The notes beneath the pieces were generated by a model. The model searched no databases, was not told the DNA's origin, and was given only the letters and a program-made list of their open reading frames with translations. Below are positions 60,921-64,000 of a stretch of 64,000 bases of DNA, piece after piece. Numbering within the stretch: position 1 is the stretch's first letter; every line of letters begins with the position of its first letter. The stretch lies in assembly GCF_009914755.1 (NCBI RefSeq), contig NC_060948.1, one strand, 5' to 3'. This stretch comes from the human T2T-CHM13v2.0 reference genome, Homo sapiens. A program made the position numbers and the translations under genes.

Positions 60921-61212
60921 TTTTTTTTTAGACAGAATCTTGTCCTGTTGCACAGGGTGGGGTACAATGGCGCCATCTTTCCTCACTGCAACTTCTGCCT
61001 CACGGGTCCAAGCGATTGTCCTCCCTCAGCCTCCCAGGTAGCTGGGACTACACCACACTGGGACTACACCAGCTGCCACCATGCCTTGCTAATTTTTTGG
61101 ATTTTTAGTAGTGACAGCGTTTCACTGTATTGGCCAGGATGGTCTTGATCTCTTCACCTTGTGATCCCCTTGCCTTGGCCTCCAAATTTGCTGGGATTAC
61201 AGGCCTGAGCCA
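60921..61212 (-). mobile_element. Alu, unit 26
   Basis: Copy of 400-691; CTTTCC and GCCTTGCT as in unit 5. Confidence 0.93.
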
Positions 61213-63317
61213 AGATCCGTATTTTTTAAATGAAAAAAAATTTCAAAGGTACTCTGCTTGGTACAATAATCAAATGTATAAACTGAGGAATAAAACATAA
61301 CCATGAAACCTACTTATAACTGCATATGGAAAATACAGAGGATAATTTTTTAAATAACATATTTTGAAAGCCTTAACTAGTAATTTGAAGAGTTGGCATT
61401 TGAAAGGCCAGTATGAATATACCTTCAAAGCAGCAACACAGGTTCCCCATGAGAAAAAGCAAACACAGGGAAAATAAAAACACAAAGGTTCAATCTCTTC
61501 TGACCTTTGAAAGACACAGCACAGACAGTGGTCCTTAGGACGAAGAGCAGGAGACCCCTAATTCCGTCACCATGGCGATAGGGCATAAACATTGCTGGGT
61601 GAGGGCACAATCCACATTGTGAGGTCCAACTGCTGCCAGGAAGACAGGAGTGCTTTTACATAGACCGAAAGGTCATTGAAGGCTCAGAGTTTTGTTTCAA
61701 GAACTGAATCCCAAGCCCACACGTTATTAGGCTGCGCTTCTTAAAACAAGTTATGAGATGGGAAAAAGGGCACCCACAAACATACGTATACATTATGTAT
61801 ATAATAATATACAGTATCATATATATAATATATATAACCTATGTATAATATTGTTTTACATCCTGCATCTTATGTTATATATATTGTATAAAATATAATA
61901 ATTGATAATATATAAGTTTTATAATTATACAATATGACATATAGTATATATTATAATTTATGACATATATAATATATGTTATATGTCATATATAGAATAT
62001 ATTATACGGTTAATATACGTATTAAATATAAATTATACATTATATATATTATATATAATATATCTGTTATATATAATACCCATTATGCATAATATATATA
62101 TTATGTCTATGTTATATATAGTATAAAACAACATATAATAATATATAATTGTATATATAAAATGCGACATATAATATATATTATATTTTATAACATATGT
62201 AATATATATCATATATTATATATAATACGTTGTATGTATAATACCTATATTAAATATATATTATATGACTATGTTATTAATTACATGTCACATGTGTTAT
62301 ATATTATATATTTTACATAGAATATACCGGTTACATACAATATATACTATGTTACCTATAATGTATAATTGATTACATGTAAAATAAAGAATGCAATATA
62401 TTATGTATAATTTATAATATACAATATGTGGAATGTGACATATGTAACATATAATATATGATATATGATATACAGTATATGATATATAACATACAATATA
62501 TGATTCCTAATATATATGGTATACAATATATATTTTATGATATGTATTCTATATGTTTTATATTCTGTTATATATAACTATTTGAAATTATATATAACTG
62601 TATAATATTTTATGTAAATATGTAATATAATATATATAACTATATAATATATTATATATAACTATATATTATGTTATATATACTTTTATAACATAATTTA
62701 CATAAAATATCATAATATAATATATATTATATTATTTCATATTACATAATATATATTACATATCACCCAATATAACTAACATACATAATATTATAATATA
62801 GATTATATTATGTTATATTAAATATCATATATATCATGTATCATATATTCTATAATATATATTACACATTATATAATATGTATGTTGTCTATTATGTGAT
62901 ATATATAACTATATATATAATTATATTTTTATACATATAACTAGATAAACATGTAATTCTACATATTTTCATTTGTAATATGTAGAATTATATAATCATA
63001 TATAATTATTTATATTCTATAAAAAATTTTATCATTATATAAATTATAATATATAAAAATTATAATATGTACTACATATATATATATTATATATCATATA
63101 TGATATAGTACCTTTGTTATATATCATAATACATATAAATGTGTATTATGTTATCTATAATTATATAATTTCATATATAAGATGTATAATATGTATCATA
63201 TATTATATATGTTATGTAATATATATAGTATATATAAGATGACACAGGATAAATATTATATACTATGACATATAAAATATATGAGGTTATATGTTACATA
63301 TAAGGCATAGCACATAA

Positions 63318-63632
<315 letters not shown>

Positions 63633-64000
63633 AGATCCGTATTTTTTAAATGAAAAAAAATTTCAAAGGTACTCTGCTTGGTACAATAATCAAATGTATA
63701 AACTGAGGAATAAAACATAACCATGAAACCTACTTATAACTGCATATGGAAAATACAGAGGATAATTTTTTAAATAACATATTTTGAAAGCCTTAACTAG
63801 TAATTTGAAGAGTTGGCATTTGAAAGGCCAGTATGAATATACCTTCAAAGCAGCAACACAGGTTCCCCATGAGAAAAAGCAAACACAGGGAAAATAAAAA
63901 CACAAAGGTTCAATCTCTTCTGACCTTTGAAAGACACAGCACAGACAGTGGTCCTTAGGACGAAGAGCAGGAGACCCCTAATTCCGTCACCATGGCGATA

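Overview
The whole 64 kb window is one uninterrupted head-to-tail tandem array of a ~2.42 kb unit (periods 2418-2422 bp, about 26.4 periods, 27 Alu copies, all in one orientation, by eye ~99% identical). Each unit has three parts: an old antisense Alu (~292 bp, slightly 5'-truncated, with an internal 16-bp duplication), ~570 bp of moderately GC-containing HSATI-type sequence, and a ~1.55 kb degenerate (TA)-rich block. This architecture, plus a predicted 2,145-bp HaeIII fragment, identifies it as human satellite HSat1B/DYZ2, most likely Yq12 heterochromatin. There are no credible protein-coding or RNA genes; every listed ORF is a by-product of the repeat. I cannot support a new gene system here. 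The informative signal is in the variants between units: a hidden ~50.84 kb (21-unit) duplication, single-unit tandem duplications, mosaic recombinant units and more diverged patches. Units are numbered 1-27 by their Alu. All variant calls were made by eye and need alignment to confirm.
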